Made by a program: the position numbers and the translations under genes. Of a stretch of DNA of 64,000 nucleotides, positions 13,711 to 27,603 are shown in pieces. The notes below the pieces were generated by a model that worked only from the letters and a program-made list of their open reading frames with translations, was not told where the DNA came from and did no database searches. Source of the stretch: Lama guanicoe (lineage: Eukaryota). The stretch covers positions 4,442,167 through 4,506,166 of the forward strand of contig MU054001.1 in assembly GCA_013239625.1 (NCBI GenBank), given 5' to 3'. Position 1 is the first letter of the stretch. Each line of letters starts with the position of its first letter.

Positions 13711-14309
13711 TGTTGTGTGTTTCCAGCCTATTTATGTTAACGCTCCTGAGTAGGAATGCCCAAGACACTTGCCTGGGCCCTGTTACTCTTAGCGAGCACC
13801 ACTGACCTTCCCCCCACGGGGGTCAATGTTGTGACTGGGCAGACCTTTGTGGTTCTTACTGTGATCACAGGATAAAACTCAGCAAAAAACCATCAGGGAA
13901 TTTAGAGGAACAAGATTTATTACTCACAGGTCCTAGAGGGTACACGGCATGCCAAGGGCCACACAGCAAGGGCTCAGGTAGAGACAGAGTGACAGAAACC
14001 TGAGGCTCTGCCTTTATTAGGATGTGAAGGTGGGGTGCCTGGGGTTTCATGGGGTCACTCATTAATGGCTCATTTGAATATAAGCAGAAGTTAGGGTGTG
14101 GGAGAGTGGAGGCAGGGTCAATCAAGTGGTCAGTTATCTGGGTCACCCAGGATTTTCTGAAAGGGGAAGTTCTTGGATGTGAGTGACTCGTTCCTTATCT
14201 GGTTGTTTTGCTAGTAGCAGTATCATGTACCTGGCAATATTCAAGACGGGTGGCTTTTGAAATGGATTCCCTGGCAATCAAGAGCTTAATGTAAGGTACT
14301 TACACTACA
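13711..14309 (-). mobile_element. ERVL-class solo LTR (MER73/MER54-like) nested in L1
   Basis: TG...CA termini and near-perfect 5-bp TSD ttcag (13706-13710) / tttag (14310-14314); host L1 resumes on both sides. Confidence 0.7.
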
Positions 14310-14457
14310 TTTAGTAACCTTATATATGTGGATTTGTACGATATTTGTCCTTTTGTACTGGTTTATTTCATTTAGCATAATGTCTCAAGGTTCATCTGTG
14401 TTATAGCATGTGACAGGATTTCCTTCCTTTTAAGTCTGTGTGGTATTCCATTGTATG

Positions 14458-14906
14458 TGTCATGGTTAATTCTATGTGTCAGCCTGACTGGCCCATGAGT
14501 TGTCCAGATGTTTAGTCTAAAATTTTTCCAGGTGTTTCTGAGAGTGTTTTTGGATAAGATTGGTGGGCTTCGAGTAAAGCAGATTGCCCTCCATAATGTG
14601 GGTGGGCCTCATCCAATCAGTTAAAGGTCTGGATAGAACAAAAAGATTGACCACACCTTGCAAATGAGAATTCTTCAGCAGACTACCTTTGGACTTCAGC
14701 TGCAACATTGGCTCTTCCTGGTTGTTCAGCAGACTTCCTTCAGACTCAAAGGGGAACACGGACTCTCCTGGGTCTCCAGCCTTCCAGTCCACCCTGCAGA
14801 TTTTGGACTTGCCAGCCTCCATGGTTGCATGAACCAATTCCTTATACTAAATCTTTGTATTTGGATCCTGTTGGTTCCGTTTCTCTGGAGAACTCTGACA
14901 AATACA
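14458..14906 (+). mobile_element. MLT2 (ERVL) solo LTR nested in L1
   Basis: tgtcatggttaattctatgtgtcagcctgactggcc...ttctctggagaactctgacaaataca, with perfect 5-bp TSD gtatg at 14453-14457 and 14907-14911. Confidence 0.9.
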
Positions 14907-17900
14907 GTATGTATACCACATTTTGTTTATCTGTTTTTCTATTGATGGATATTTGGGTTGCTTTCACCTATCATCTAATTTGAATAATGCTGCTATGAAC
15001 ATGGGTGTGCAGATATGTTTTAGATATTTCAATCCTTCTGGATATATACACAAAAGTGGGGTTGCTGGACCATATGGTTGTGTTCTATTTAATTTTTTGA
15101 GGAGCTGCCAAACTGTTCTCCATAGCTGCTACACCATTTTTTAATCCTATCAACAGCATGCAAGTGTTCCAACTTCTCCACATCCCCACCAACGCTTGTT
15201 ATTTTCTCTTTTTTGATAGTAGCTAGCCTAATGGGTGTAAAGTGATATCTTACTGTGGTTTTGATTTGCATTTCTCTGATGATCATTGATGTTGAGCATC
15301 TTTTCAGGTGCTTATTGGCCATTTATAGATCTTGTTGGAGAACTGTCTATTCAGATCCTTTGCTCATTTTTGAATCAGGGTGTTTGTTTTTTGTTGTTGA
15401 GTTGTAGGAATTTTTTAAAATATATTTTGCATATAAGTCCCTTATCAGATACATGATTTACAAATATTTTCTCCCATTTCATGGGTTGCCTTTTCACTCT
15501 GTTGATAATGAAAAAGGTTTTAATTTTGATGTAGTCCAATTTTATCTTTTTTTTTCCTTTTGTTGTCCATGCTTTTGGTGTCATATCCAAGAAATTATTG
15601 CCAAATCCAGTGTCATAAGTCTTTCCCCCATGTTTTCTTTTAAGAGTTTAATAGTTTCAGGTCTTTTATTTAGATCTTTGATTCACTTTGAGTTAACTTT
15701 TGCATATGGTGTAAGATAAAAGGTCCAACTTCATATTATTTGCAAGTGGAGATCCAGTTTTCCCAGGACAGTTTGTTGAAAAGATTGTTCTTTGCCCATT
15801 GGATAGTGTTAACACTTTGTCAAGATTCATTTCATTCTATATGTGAGGATATATTTCTGGGCTTTCTATTCTGTTCTGTTGGTTTGTATGTCTGTTTTTA
15901 TGCAAGTGCCACACTGTTGAATACCATGGCTTTGCAGTATGTTTTGAAATCAGGAAGTAGGAAGCCTCCAATTTCTTTCTTCTTTTTCAAGACTATTTTG
16001 GCTATTTGATATCCCTTGAAATTCTATATGAATTTTATGATGAAGTTGTCAGTTTCTGCAAAAATCTCACTGAAATTTTGATAAGAATTGCATTGAATCT
16101 GTAGATTGCTTTGTGTTGTTTTGACACATTAATAATATTAAGTCTTCCAACTCATGAACATGGGATATCTTTCTATTTGTTAGTATCATCTTTAATTTCT
16201 TTCAACATTTTATAATTTTCAGTGTACAAGTCTTTTACCTCTTTAAATTTATTCCCAAGTGTTTTATTCTTTTTGATGTTATCGTAACTGGGACTGTTTT
16301 CTTAATTTCCTTTCATATTCTTCATTGTTAGTGTATAGAAGTGCAGCTTCTTTTTGCAAATTGATTTTGTATCCTGCAACTTAGCTGAATTTGTTTATTC
16401 TAACAGGTGTTTTTGGTTCATCTTTATGAGATTTTCTACATATAAGATCATGTCATCAACAAACATAATTTTACTTCTTTTCCCGTTTGGATGCCTTTTA
16501 TTTCTTTTTCTTGTCTAGTTGCTGTGGCTAAGACTTCCAGTACTATGCTGATTAGAAGTGGTGAAAGTGGGCATCTTTGTCTTGCTTTTGATCTTAGATG
16601 AAAAGTTTTCAGTCTTACCATTGAACAAGATGTTAGATGTGGGATTTACATTTATAGCGTTTATTATATTGAGATATTTTCTTTCTATTTCTAGTTTGTG
16701 GATTTCTTTTAACTTATGAAAGTGTGTTGAATTTTGTTAAATGCTTTCCACATTGTTTGAGATAATCATGTGGATTTTTCCTTTATCTCTTAGCGTAGTG
16801 TATGACATTGATTTTTGTATGTTAAACCATCCTTGCTTTGAAGGATTAAGTCTCACTTGGTTGTGATGTATAATTCTTTTAATGTATTGCTTAATGCTGT
16901 TTGCTAGTATTTTGTTGAGGATTTTTGCATCAATATTCATAAAGAACATTGGTCTATAGTTTTTTGTAGTGTCCTTGTATGGCTTTGGTATCAGATTAAT
17001 GCTGGCTCAAAACCATTGCGAAAATGTTCTCTTCTTTTCAGTTTTTTGCAAGAGTTTGAGGAGATCAGTGTTGATTCTTCTTTAAATGTTTGGTGGAATT
17101 CACAAGTGAAGCCATCTGATCATGGTCTGTTCTTTGTGGAGGCTTTAAATTACTGACTCAATCTCCTTACTAGTTGCAGGTCTATTCAGATTTTTCATTT
17201 GTTCATGATTCAGTCTTGGTAGGTTGTGTGTTTCTAGGATTTTGTCTGTTTCATCTAGTTTATTGAGTTTGTGATGTATAATTACTCACAGTACTCATAA
17301 TCCTTTTTATTTCTGTAAAACTGGTAGTAATATCTTCACTTTCATATCTGATTTTAGTTTTCTGTGTATTCTCTCTTTTTTTTTTTTAAATCCAGCTAAG
17401 AGTTTGTCAGTTGATCTTTTTGAAGAACCAACTCTTGGTTTCATTGACTTTTCTAGTCTTTATTTTATTTATCTCTGATCTACTCTTTATTATTTCCTTC
17501 TTTCTGCTAGCTTAGGATTATTTGTTCTTTTTCGGTTCAAGTTGTAAAGTTAGATTGTTGATTTGAGATCTTTTTTAATGTAAATGATTACAGCTACAAA
17601 GTTTTCTCTTTTTTGTTTATTGAGTTATAGCCAGTTTACAGTGTTGTATCATACAGATTTTTCTCTTAACACTGCTCTTATAAGTTTTGGTATGCTGTAG
17701 TTTCACTTTTATTTCTCTCAAAATATTTTCTACTTTAGCTTGTGATTTCTTCTTTGACCTATTGGTTGTTTAAAAGTGTGTGTATTACCACATATTTGTG
17801 GATTTTCCAGTTTTCCTTCTGTTATTAATGTCTAGGTTTATTCCATTGTTATCAGAAAATATATTTGGTATGATTTCAGTGTCTTTAAATTTATTAAGGC

Positions 17901-18634
17901 TTGTTTTGTGGCCTAATATGGTCTGTCCTTGAGACTGTTGAATGTACACTTGAAAAATGTGTATTCTGCTATTGCTGGGTGAAATCTTCTGCAGTGGTTG
18001 ATTTCTCTTAAACCTTCTTAAATCTATAGTTTCCCTTGTCTTTCTTTTGTTTTCTGTTTTTTTAATTTTTTGTTATCATTGAAGCAGGTCCTCTGTCCTC
18101 GAAAGTTTCCCACGGTCTAGATTGTGCCAGCTGTATCCTGTGGGGTCACTTAGCCTGTCTTTCTGCCCCTTGTATTTCCTGTATGTTGTATGCAGATCTA
18201 GAGGTGAGATGTGATTCAGGCTCTTTTCTCTGGCAAGGTAATTCCACAGATATGTTCACTTCCATGGAGAAATGCCTAATGCCTAGTGGTCTTTCTGTTT
18301 ATATTGTTAGCAACCATTGATCGTCCATTAAATCACTACATGTTGCAAGATGTTGATAATCAATTAATCAAGTATTCTCATTATTTATTAACTGTACTAC
18401 TTATATAATACCGCTTATAAACTGGTTATTTTGAGATACAATTCCAGTTGGAAAGAAAAACCATTCATCTTAATACTAACTTTTAAGAGGAAAATATATA
18501 ACATTAAAGTACACATTAATTGTAAGGAAGATTCCCAAATTTCAGGTATGAAAAAGAAAAATTGTAAGTCTTAACATTAAAAAAACAGGTAAATAATCAA
18601 AAGCTTTTTCAGCTGTTAAAGAGGGATGGGATGG

Positions 18635-20038
18635 TCAACTAATCTTCAACAAAGGAGGCAAAAATATACAATAGAATAAAGACAGTCTCTTCAGCAAATG
18701 GTGTTGGGAAAACTGGACAGCAGCATGTAAAACAATGAAGCTAGAACACTCCCTTACACCACACACAAAAATAAACTCAAAATGGATCAAAGACTTAAAT
18801 ATAAGACAAGATACAGTAAACCTTCTAGAAGAAAATATAGGCAAAACATTGTCTCACATACATCTCAAAAATGTTCTCCTAGGGCAGTCTACCCAAGCAA
18901 TAGAAATAAAAACCAGAATAAACAAATGGGACCTAATTAAATTTACAAGCTTCTGCACAGCAAAGGAAACCATAAGCAAAATGAAACAACAACCTACGGA
19001 ATGGAAGAAAATTTTTGCAAAAGATGAAACCGACAAAGGCTTGATCTCCAGAATATATAAGCAGCTCATATGACTTAATAAGAAAAAAACTAACAACCCA
19101 ATCCAAAAATGGGCAGAAGCCTTAAACAAGCAATTCTCCAAGGAAGAAATACAAATGATCAATAGGCACATGAAAAAATGCTCAATATCATTGATTATCA
19201 AAGAAACACAAATCTAAAGTACAATAAGGCATCACCTCACACCAGTCAGAATGGTCATCATTCAAAAGTCTACAAATGACAAATGCTGGAGAGACTGTGG
19301 AGAAAAGGGAACCCTCCTACACTGCTGGTGGGAATGCAGTTTGGTGCAGCCACTGTGGAAAACAGTATGGAGATTCCTCAAAAGACTGGGAATAGACTTA
19401 CCATATGACCCAGGAATCCCGCTCCTGGGCATATATCCAGAATGAACCCTACTTCAAAATGACATTTGCACCCCAGTGTTCATAGCAGCACTGTTTACAA
19501 TAGCCAAGACACGGAAATGGCCTAAATGTCTATCGACGGATGACTGGATAAAGAAGAGGTGGTATATTTATACAGTGGAATATTATTCAGCCATAAAAAC
19601 GACAACATAATGCCATTTACAGCAACATGGATGTCCCTGGAGAAGGTCATTCTAAGTGAAGTAAGCCAGAAAGAAAGAAAAATACCATATGAGATCGTTC
19701 ATATGTGGAATCTAAAAAAAAAAACATAAATACAAAACAGAAACAGACTTATAGACATAGAATACAAACTTGTGGTTGCCAAGGGAGGGGGATGTGAAGG
19801 GACAGACTGGGAGTTCGAAATCTGTAAATACTGACAGTCTTATGTAGGATAGATAAACAACATTATACTGTATAGCACAGGGAAATATATACAAGATCTT
19901 GTGGTAGCTCACAGTGAAAAAGAATGTGACAATGAATATATGTATGTTCATGTATAACTGAAAAATTGTGCTCTACACTGGAAATTGACACATTGTAAAA
20001 TGACTATAACTCAATAAAAAAAATGTTAAAAAAAAAAA
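18635..20038 (+). mobile_element. Young 5'-truncated L1 (lineage-specific) with poly(A) and TSD
   Basis: ORF2 C-terminal ORFs (18735..19073, 19251..19445 [14 protein letters not shown]), aataaa plus A tail, perfect 17-bp TSD aaagagggatgggatgg at 18618-18634 and 20039-20055. Confidence 0.95.
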
Positions 20039-22145
20039 AAAGAGGGATGGGATGGGTCTAATATGCTTTAGAAAGGCCCAGTAGAGAAAGCTTAAAATAG
20101 AAAGCTTTGACACTACACGTGTCTGTGTATAAACTATCTTGTACCTCAATAATATTGGATAATGAGATATTACCATATGTGAATTACCTTTCTTAGGTGA
20201 AACCTTAACCCTTTGGAACAAGACAGAGTAAAAACACATAAGTAAAAATTTCCTTAGTCTATTAGTTTGACATGCTTGAATTTATAAATTATCTTAGAGA
20301 ACAGGTTTGGCAGAGAACACTTCTGTGTATCTAAAGGGTATTTGCTTTAATATCTGGTATTTTATTCTTTCCTTTTATCATATCTTTTCTTTGGTCATTT
20401 CAATAGAATACATTAATTTCCTAGCCCCTGGGGAGGTTAAAGGTATAAAGTGTTCCTTGGTATGGGATTGATTGGTGACCATTAAGCCCCAACATCTCTG
20501 TGGAATTGTTGGCAGTGTTTTTCATCTTGCTGACGATATTGTTAGTCAGATTTCCCTGTGATCATGTGCTGATACCTAGGCAGTAATAAGGGGATAGGCT
20601 ATGTTGTGGGGTTTTTTTTTGTGTGTGTGGCATAGGCTTCATATCAATTCATAATCCCCAATAATGGAAGGTTTTAATATACCTCTGTTGACCAGTATGA
20701 TGCCCACATAGGAGAAAGGGCAGCAAAACTCAGGATGGAATAAAGTCGGACATTTACTTTACCACAGAGTAAGGGGGCAGCAGAGTCCTAGTAGGCTGTA
20801 TTGCTGGAGTCTGAGGAGCTCTGCGGTTGAAGCTAGATCAACATAAAATACTTAAAATATAGTGTACAAGATTTGTAAATGGGTTGCTGTTGAAACACAT
20901 CGTCCAAGTACAGCATCTTCCAGGTCTCTTCAAAGTGTAAGGTCAGCTGTGATCTTATTACTTGTAATGTTTGGATTATTGGTAATATAGCAGTGTATTT
21001 GGGTTTATACAAAATATACCGAAAAATAGAAGCATTAAGAGTAGCAATTTTTCCATATTTATATAGCGTTTGCTGAGGAAGGAAGATGTGATCTGGCTGA
21101 CTGGAATGTTCTAGATTGCTGGGAAGGCACATTCCAGAAGTGACAGTGGGGCATAGTGAAGAGAGCATTTAACTGAGGTCAGGACATGGAGTTAGGTGCT
21201 GCCTGCTATTTACCTTGTTACCTTGGGCTTCATTAGTATTTGTTGAATTAATGGAAGAACCACCCTCTTCTCTCCCTAAGTGTTAATTTACTCACCTGTA
21301 AAATGCAGATGGCAGTGTCCACCCTGTAGGGTGGTAGTGAGGATGGTTGGAATAGTGGATGTGAAAAGATTGTCCAGTTCCATTCAAGTGTAATGTTGGC
21401 TGAGGAAGGAGAATGTTCCAGGTTCCAGCTTGGACCGTTTAACTCTTCATTGCATGTTAGCCAGGCAGTCAGTTCTTGGTTACTTGTTACCAGGAGAGAG
21501 GAAGCTCTAGACAGCAGACACAGGGGTGTCTGGTCACTCAAAGTTAGGTAGAAAATTCATGGTTTGGTCCTTCATCTTGGAAATCAGGCTCTGTGGGTTG
21601 GGTTGGTGTGAATTGGTTTTCTGGACCTGATCACACCTGCCTGATTTGGGAAAATATGAGGCTACTGAACTTGCAAAGCTGAAGACCTGTGGAGATCTTT
21701 ATTTACTAAAGTAAAGGCCTCTCATGGTGCCTGCTCAGTTAATCTGGTGTTGAACACCAACCATCTGAAAACTACTGTGATCAGAGTTTTCCTGGGGAAG
21801 TCTTTGGCCATCAAAAATTACAGAATCAGAAGTTGTTCATCAGGATAAATTCCCTAATGTGTGTTCCTCAAATACTTTTCAGTGTCTTGAAATGAGATTT
21901 TCTTCATTAGTGTAATCTGAATATGGTAGTGATTTGTGTATATATACATATATTTATGTGTATATATAACATTTCTAGATACATTGATTCAGAAAAATAG
22001 TTTCCATAAACCAAGCATGACCAAGCACCTGTTAACTTAATATTAACTGGTTTGAAGTATATGGTACTCTTCACATCCAGTATTTCCTCCAATATGATCT
22101 CAGTTTCTTTTTACAAATCCCCACAGGACCCTGAAAGAATTGCAA

Positions 22146-22611
22146 TATATTAGTTTCCTGGGGCTGCCATAACCAAGTACCACAGAAATCTATACTTTCA
22201 CAGTTCTGGAGGCCAGAAGCCTGAAATCAGGGTGTCAGCAGCGTTGGTTCCTTGCGGGAGGCTCTGAGTGGAATCTGCTCCGTGCTTCTCTTCCTGCTCC
22301 TGGTGGTTGCCGGCAGTCCTGGGCGTTCCTTGGCTTTCAGCTGCACCACTCCAATCTCTGCCTCCATCGTCACATGGCATTCTCTCTCTCTGTCTCTGTG
22401 TGAAAATTTCCCTCCGTGTCCAAATTTCCCAGTGACACTAGTCATTGGATTAGGACCTACCCTGATCTCATCTGACCTCATCTTAACTTTGATCACATCT
22501 CCAAAGACCCTATTTTCAAATAAGGTCATATTCACAGGTACCAGGGGTTAGAACTGGAACATGTTTTTTTCCTTTGTGGGTTTTTTTGAGGACACAGTTG
22601 TACCCACAACA
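22146..22611 (-). mobile_element. MLT1C-like MaLR LTR
   Basis: tattagtttcctggggctgccataaccaagtaccaca...cagttctggaggccagaag...tccaaagaccctattttcaaataaggtcatattcacagg. Confidence 0.85.
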
Positions 22612-24099
22612 GAGAGTAAATGGAATGTTTAAAGTGACAATTGGGAATTGTTTTACCTTGGAGGAAGTGAAGGTTCTTACAGAAGACTCGGGTCACATAT
22701 CCTGTCATCATATTGTTTGACTGTGAGGGCACAGGGCATAGTGCAGTAGATAGCTCTCGAAGTTTAAGGTCACGTTCTTTCTGCCACAAAGGAGGAATCT
22801 GACAGCACTGAGTGCTTTCCGTTGTTTGTTCCTGATAAAGGTTTAAATCACTTCATTTTTCTTTTCTTAAAAGTTTCAAAAAAAACCTCTTTATAGCAGT
22901 TTTTACCATTATGTTATAATTATTATTATTATTATTATTTGGAATGCCATTAATTCCCATTGGGGCTACCTCTTGAATATAGTATATGATATACTTGAGG
23001 TCAAGTTATGAATTGGCTTTGTATGTTTGATTTTTTCCCAAGGTAATATGCTTTTTTAAGGGCTAGAATTTTGGAATAACATGTTGAGTTGTCTCTAAAC
23101 CTTTGGAGTTAGTATTGATGGACATTTTCTTATTTGAAGAAATTTTCAGACATTCTGTAATATTTATTTAGAACATACTATATCCTGGGCTGTGGGTGAG
23201 TGAGAAAGGACACATTTTGAAGTTCATGCTTGGCAGATTTTAGGTGCTCAACAATTATTTATTGATGAATGATACTTGATTCTCAGTTCATACAGGTATC
23301 TTAAGCACATATTGAAAGGTTGCCAAACAGGTATAACGATGAGGGAATCTCTGATGTCTTTTCCTGAAAAGAGACTAAAGAGGAGTGGGTCAAATGTGGA
23401 ACTGTCTGTCTAACTTGGCAGGGTATTCACATCCATTTACACACAGCCTTTGACGGGGTTTTCTAGTACTTGATTTTCGGTTATCAGCCAAGGCCTAAGA
23501 AGTATCTGATTTGACCTAAAAGATCTCACTCTTGTTCATAATCTACTGGATGACTTCTCCCAATTACTTGCATTTGGCATTTTCTTTTCTCTGTTTTTTC
23601 ACTTATGTTTATGAAATAATAAGGGCAAATGCAATAAAATATTCAAGTTGTTGACCCAAATAAACACTGTTACACAGAAGAAGTTATTGAGGTTGCTGAG
23701 AATGAGTATCAGCTCCCAAGTTTCCCTGTGGGGCAACTTGAATTGTTGGACCAATGGTGGCTGAGGCCCTGGTGTACAGTGATGTGTGGGTTTTCTGGAT
23801 AAGGCAGTCACAAAAAGTTGAGAAAGTTCTGTTTCTGGTTCCAGTAATTGTCTTCTGTCATGTGCTAGACGAGAATGGCTGGCCTCTATGAAACCTAAAA
23901 ATCCATTGAGTTAAAAAAAATCATTTACTTTAGCGAATTCATTCCTTCTCTGGTTATTCATCAAACACCTATGACGTGGCAAGCCCTGCACCAATTGCTG
24001 GGGTTGAAACAGTGAACAGCCAGACAAGAATCCCTGCCTTCTAGGAGCTTATTTCCTACTCGGGATTAGATAATACACAAATAATTAAAAATACATGGT

Positions 24100-24450
24100 G
24101 TATGACCAGCGCTCCTCAACACTGTCAAGGTCATCAAAACCAAGGAGAGTCTGAGAAACTGCTGAAGCCGAGAGGAGCCCGAGGAGACATGTGGACTAGT
24201 TGAAATGTGGTATCCTGAATGGGATCCTGGACCAGAAAAAAGACATAGGTGAAAACTGAGGAAATTTGGAATAAGGTATGGGATTTATTTAATAATAGTG
24301 GTTCACTAGTTGTGACAGATGTACCACGCTAATGTACGATGTTAATAATAGGAGAAGCTAGGTATGGGTTATATGGGAGCTACCTTCTATAGGTACCATC
24401 TTTATAGTTTTTCTGAAAATCTAAAACTGTTCTAAAAAAATAAAGTTTAT
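24100..24450 (+). mobile_element. Old L1 (L1MC/MD-like) 3' end inserted in an L2 remnant
   Basis: ctgtcaaggtcatcaaaaccaaggagagtctgagaaactg...aaatctaaaactgttctaaaa motif. Confidence 0.7.
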
Positions 24451-25139
24451 TTTTGAAATGTGTGTGTTTGTGTACGTGCGAGTGTTTTACATCGGATGTT
24501 CGATGAGTGACATGGAGAAAAGTAAAGCCAGGTCAGAGGGGCAAGGAGCACAGGTAGTGGGGAAGGTGAGAACCGTTCCTGCAGAGAAGGTGACAGGCAG
24601 AGCCCTGGGGGGAAGTGAGCCATGTGGGTATTGGTGTGTGTGTGTGTGCGCGCATGTGTGTGCCCCAGACAGAGGGAACAGCAAGGGGTAAGGCCTGCAG
24701 GAGAGAGCAACTGGGAGGCATGCTGGTTGCCATGGGGGGAGCCTGGGGAAGGAATCAGGTCTGACAGGGAGATGTGAGGAGGGGAGGGGGCTGGGCATCA
24801 GGAACCTTTTAAGGCCTAGTCAAGACTTTGGCATCAACTCTGGGCCAGATGCGGGCAAAGCCGTGGGTCTGGCCTTCTTCCTGGTGGCACGGATCCCACA
24901 TCACCGAGGCCCTTTCATAGGCTTTGAAAGTTCCCACTAGAGAGCATCGTTAGGCTTTAGAGCTGGGTTTGAAAACCACCCCCTTAGGGCCAAAGCCTGT
25001 TTTTGTACAAAGCTGTAGAGGTGAGCACATACCTTTTCCCCTCCTGCCCTTCAGTGAGGTTGTTTCATACATTCATAGTACAATTTGTAATTGTTTTGTC
25101 ACGTTCTGTATTCCATCCTGGATCTTCTCAACTTCCTAA

Positions 25140-25640
25140 ATAATTTGTTGAAATTTGCATTTGTTAAGGTTCACTCTTTATGCTATATTCAGCGGCTTTT
25201 AACAAAGCCTAAGTGTCAGATATCCACCATTACCGTGTCCTGCAGAATAATTTCACTGCCTGGAAAAAACCCCTGTGCTTCACCTAGTCAACTCCTCTCC
25301 TTCCTGTCAAAGGTGATCCCTGGCAACCACTGATCCTTTCCCCATCTCTATAGTTTTGTCTTTTTCAGAATGTCTTATAATTGGAGTCATACAGTATGTA
25401 GCCTGTTTAGACTGGCTTCTTTGATTCAACAATGTGCATTTAAGATTCATCTAAGTCTTGTTGTGGCTTCATAGCTTATTTCTTTTTATTGCTTAAAAAT
25501 ATTTGTATGGATGGACTGTAATTTATTTACCTATTAAAGGGCATCTTGGTTGTATTTATGAATATATTATGAATAACACTGCTGTAAACACTTGTGTGGA
25601 TGTTTTTGTGTGGACATACATACATTTTCAAATTGTAACA
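25140..25640 (-). mobile_element. Old L1 (L1MD-like) 3' end
   Basis: cctggcaaccactgatc...ttggagtcatacagtatgtagcc antisense L1 3'UTR. Confidence 0.7.
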
Positions 25641-26492
25641 CTGTGTTTAGCTGTGTATTGACCCCTGCATTTAGAGTGTCATGGGAAGAACCTATGACTT
25701 TTTGGCTTGTGTCCTTATAACAGTGCCATGTTACTTCTCTTTTCCTATTTCTAGAGGCTTGATTGAAATTTCTCTAGAGGAATGTAAAAATTCAAATTGT
25801 TTTCAGTGAAATTTGAAATTATGATGGAACTTCTAAGAGTAGATTCTTAAAAATCTTTTTAATTTTAAAATTTATTCCCAGTGGGTCCTATCCTGAGAAC
25901 TTAATAGATCAGCTGTCTAATAAGTTGAGTAATTGAGATACAACAGTAAAAAGTTAAAAATAATCGTACTAGCATTCCTGGAGGCTTTGGGAGTGACATG
26001 TACATTTAATTTGAAATTGTGAGGAAAGTATTTCAACAGACTCTCTCTCCATAGGTGTGTAAGGTTCTCTCTGTAAAGACACCAGAATCTATGTGATTTC
26101 TGACCAGCACTGAAACCTGAAACACATTGAAACCTATTGATATTAAAGAAGGAAAAAAATGAAGCAGTAAAAAGGCTTGGACTTTCTCCTGCTTTATCAA
26201 TGTGTAATTACTGATACATAATACTTATGTGTAACAATGTATTACACATATTTAAAATGTACAATTTAAGTTTTGACATATGGATGTCAGACTAGCATAA
26301 CAGTAAAATTCATGAATGTAGGTATTACCTTCCAAAGCTTCCTCATTCCTCCCTATATTCCCCCTTCTCCAGGCAACAACTGATCTATTAGTTTTATTGC
26401 TATAGATTAGTTTGTGTTTTCTAGAATTTTATATAAATTTATATATTATATATAATTTTATGTAAATTATTTAAATGAAATCATACAGTATA

Positions 26493-27105
26493 CGGGAGTC
26501 CCTCTTTTCTGTGGATTTGTTTTCCATGGCTTCAGTCAACCCTGGTCCAAAAATATTAAATGGACATATTTTTGGAATATTCCAGAAATAAACAATTCAT
26601 AAGCTTTAAATTATGCACCATCCTGAGTAGTGTGATGAAATCTCTTGCCATCTCACTCTGTCCTGCCTGGGATCCCCAGCCATCAACATCTCATGCCTCC
26701 ATGATCCAGGATCACCAGAAGCAGATTACCCTCCTTTTTACATTATCATCAGAAGGCCGAGAGTAGCCTAATGTTACATCACAGTGCTACGTCATTCACG
26801 TCACCCCACCTCATCACGTAGACATTTTATCATGTCACTTCATCACAAGAGGAAGGGTGAATACAACATAAGATATTTTGAAAAAAGAAAGTGACCATGT
26901 TCATACAGTTTTTATTACCATGTATTTTAATTACTCTATTTTATTACTGTTAATGTCTTACTGTGTCTAATTTATAAATTAAACTTTATTATTGATATGT
27001 ACTTATGGAAAAACATGGTGTATGTAGGGTTTAGTGCTATCTGAAGTTTCAGGCATCCACTGGGGATCTTGGAATGTATCCCCTGTGGATAGGGGGACAC
27101 TACTG
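26493..27105. mobile_element. MER44/Tigger7-like Tc1-mariner DNA transposon
   Basis: Degenerate terminal inverted repeats (cgggagtccctcttttctgtgg ... cctgtggatagggggacactactg) flanked by TA on both sides, inserted in an antisense L1. Confidence 0.8.
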
Positions 27106-27223
27106 TATATTCTTTTTTTGGAGGCAATGTTTCTGATTTCGTTCAGCATGATTACTTTGAGATTCAACTGCGTTGGGTGAATTAGTACTTTTCTTTATTG
27201 CTGAGTAGTATTCCATTTTATGG

Positions 27224-27603
27224 TGCTATGGCCTGAATTGTGTTCCCCTATAATTCACATATTGAAGCCTTCACCCCCAATGTAACTATATTTGGAGATA
27301 GGGCTTTTAGGAGCTAAGGTTAAATGAGGTCAAAAGGGTGGGGTTCTAATCCAGTAGGACTGGTAGCCTTCTAAGAAGAGGAAGCGAGAGATCTCTCTCT
27401 CCATGTGGATACACTGAAGAAAGGCCCTGTAAGGACATAGCAAGAAGGTGGCCATCTGGAAGCCAGGAAGAGAGCCCTCACCAGAGCTCAACCGTGCCTT
27501 CACCCTGATCCTGGACTCCCAGCTTCTGGAACTCTGATAAGATAAATTTCTGTTATTTTACCCAGCCTGTGGTATTTTGTTATGGCAGCCCGAGGCCAAG
27601 GCG
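27224..27603 (+). mobile_element. MLT1A-like MaLR LTR
   Basis: tgctatggcctgaattgtgttcccc...gtggtattttgttatggcagccc; TSD tatgg/tgtgg; nested in antisense L1 (~26200-27875). Confidence 0.85.

Larger units (their letters stand above)
13310..17995 (-). mobile_element. Long old L1 (3'UTR to ORF2 RT region) interrupted by two LTRs
   Basis: Minus ORFs 16737..16949 ([29 protein letters not shown]...QGWFNI, RT domain) and 15089..15322 ([30 protein letters not shown]). Confidence 0.92.
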
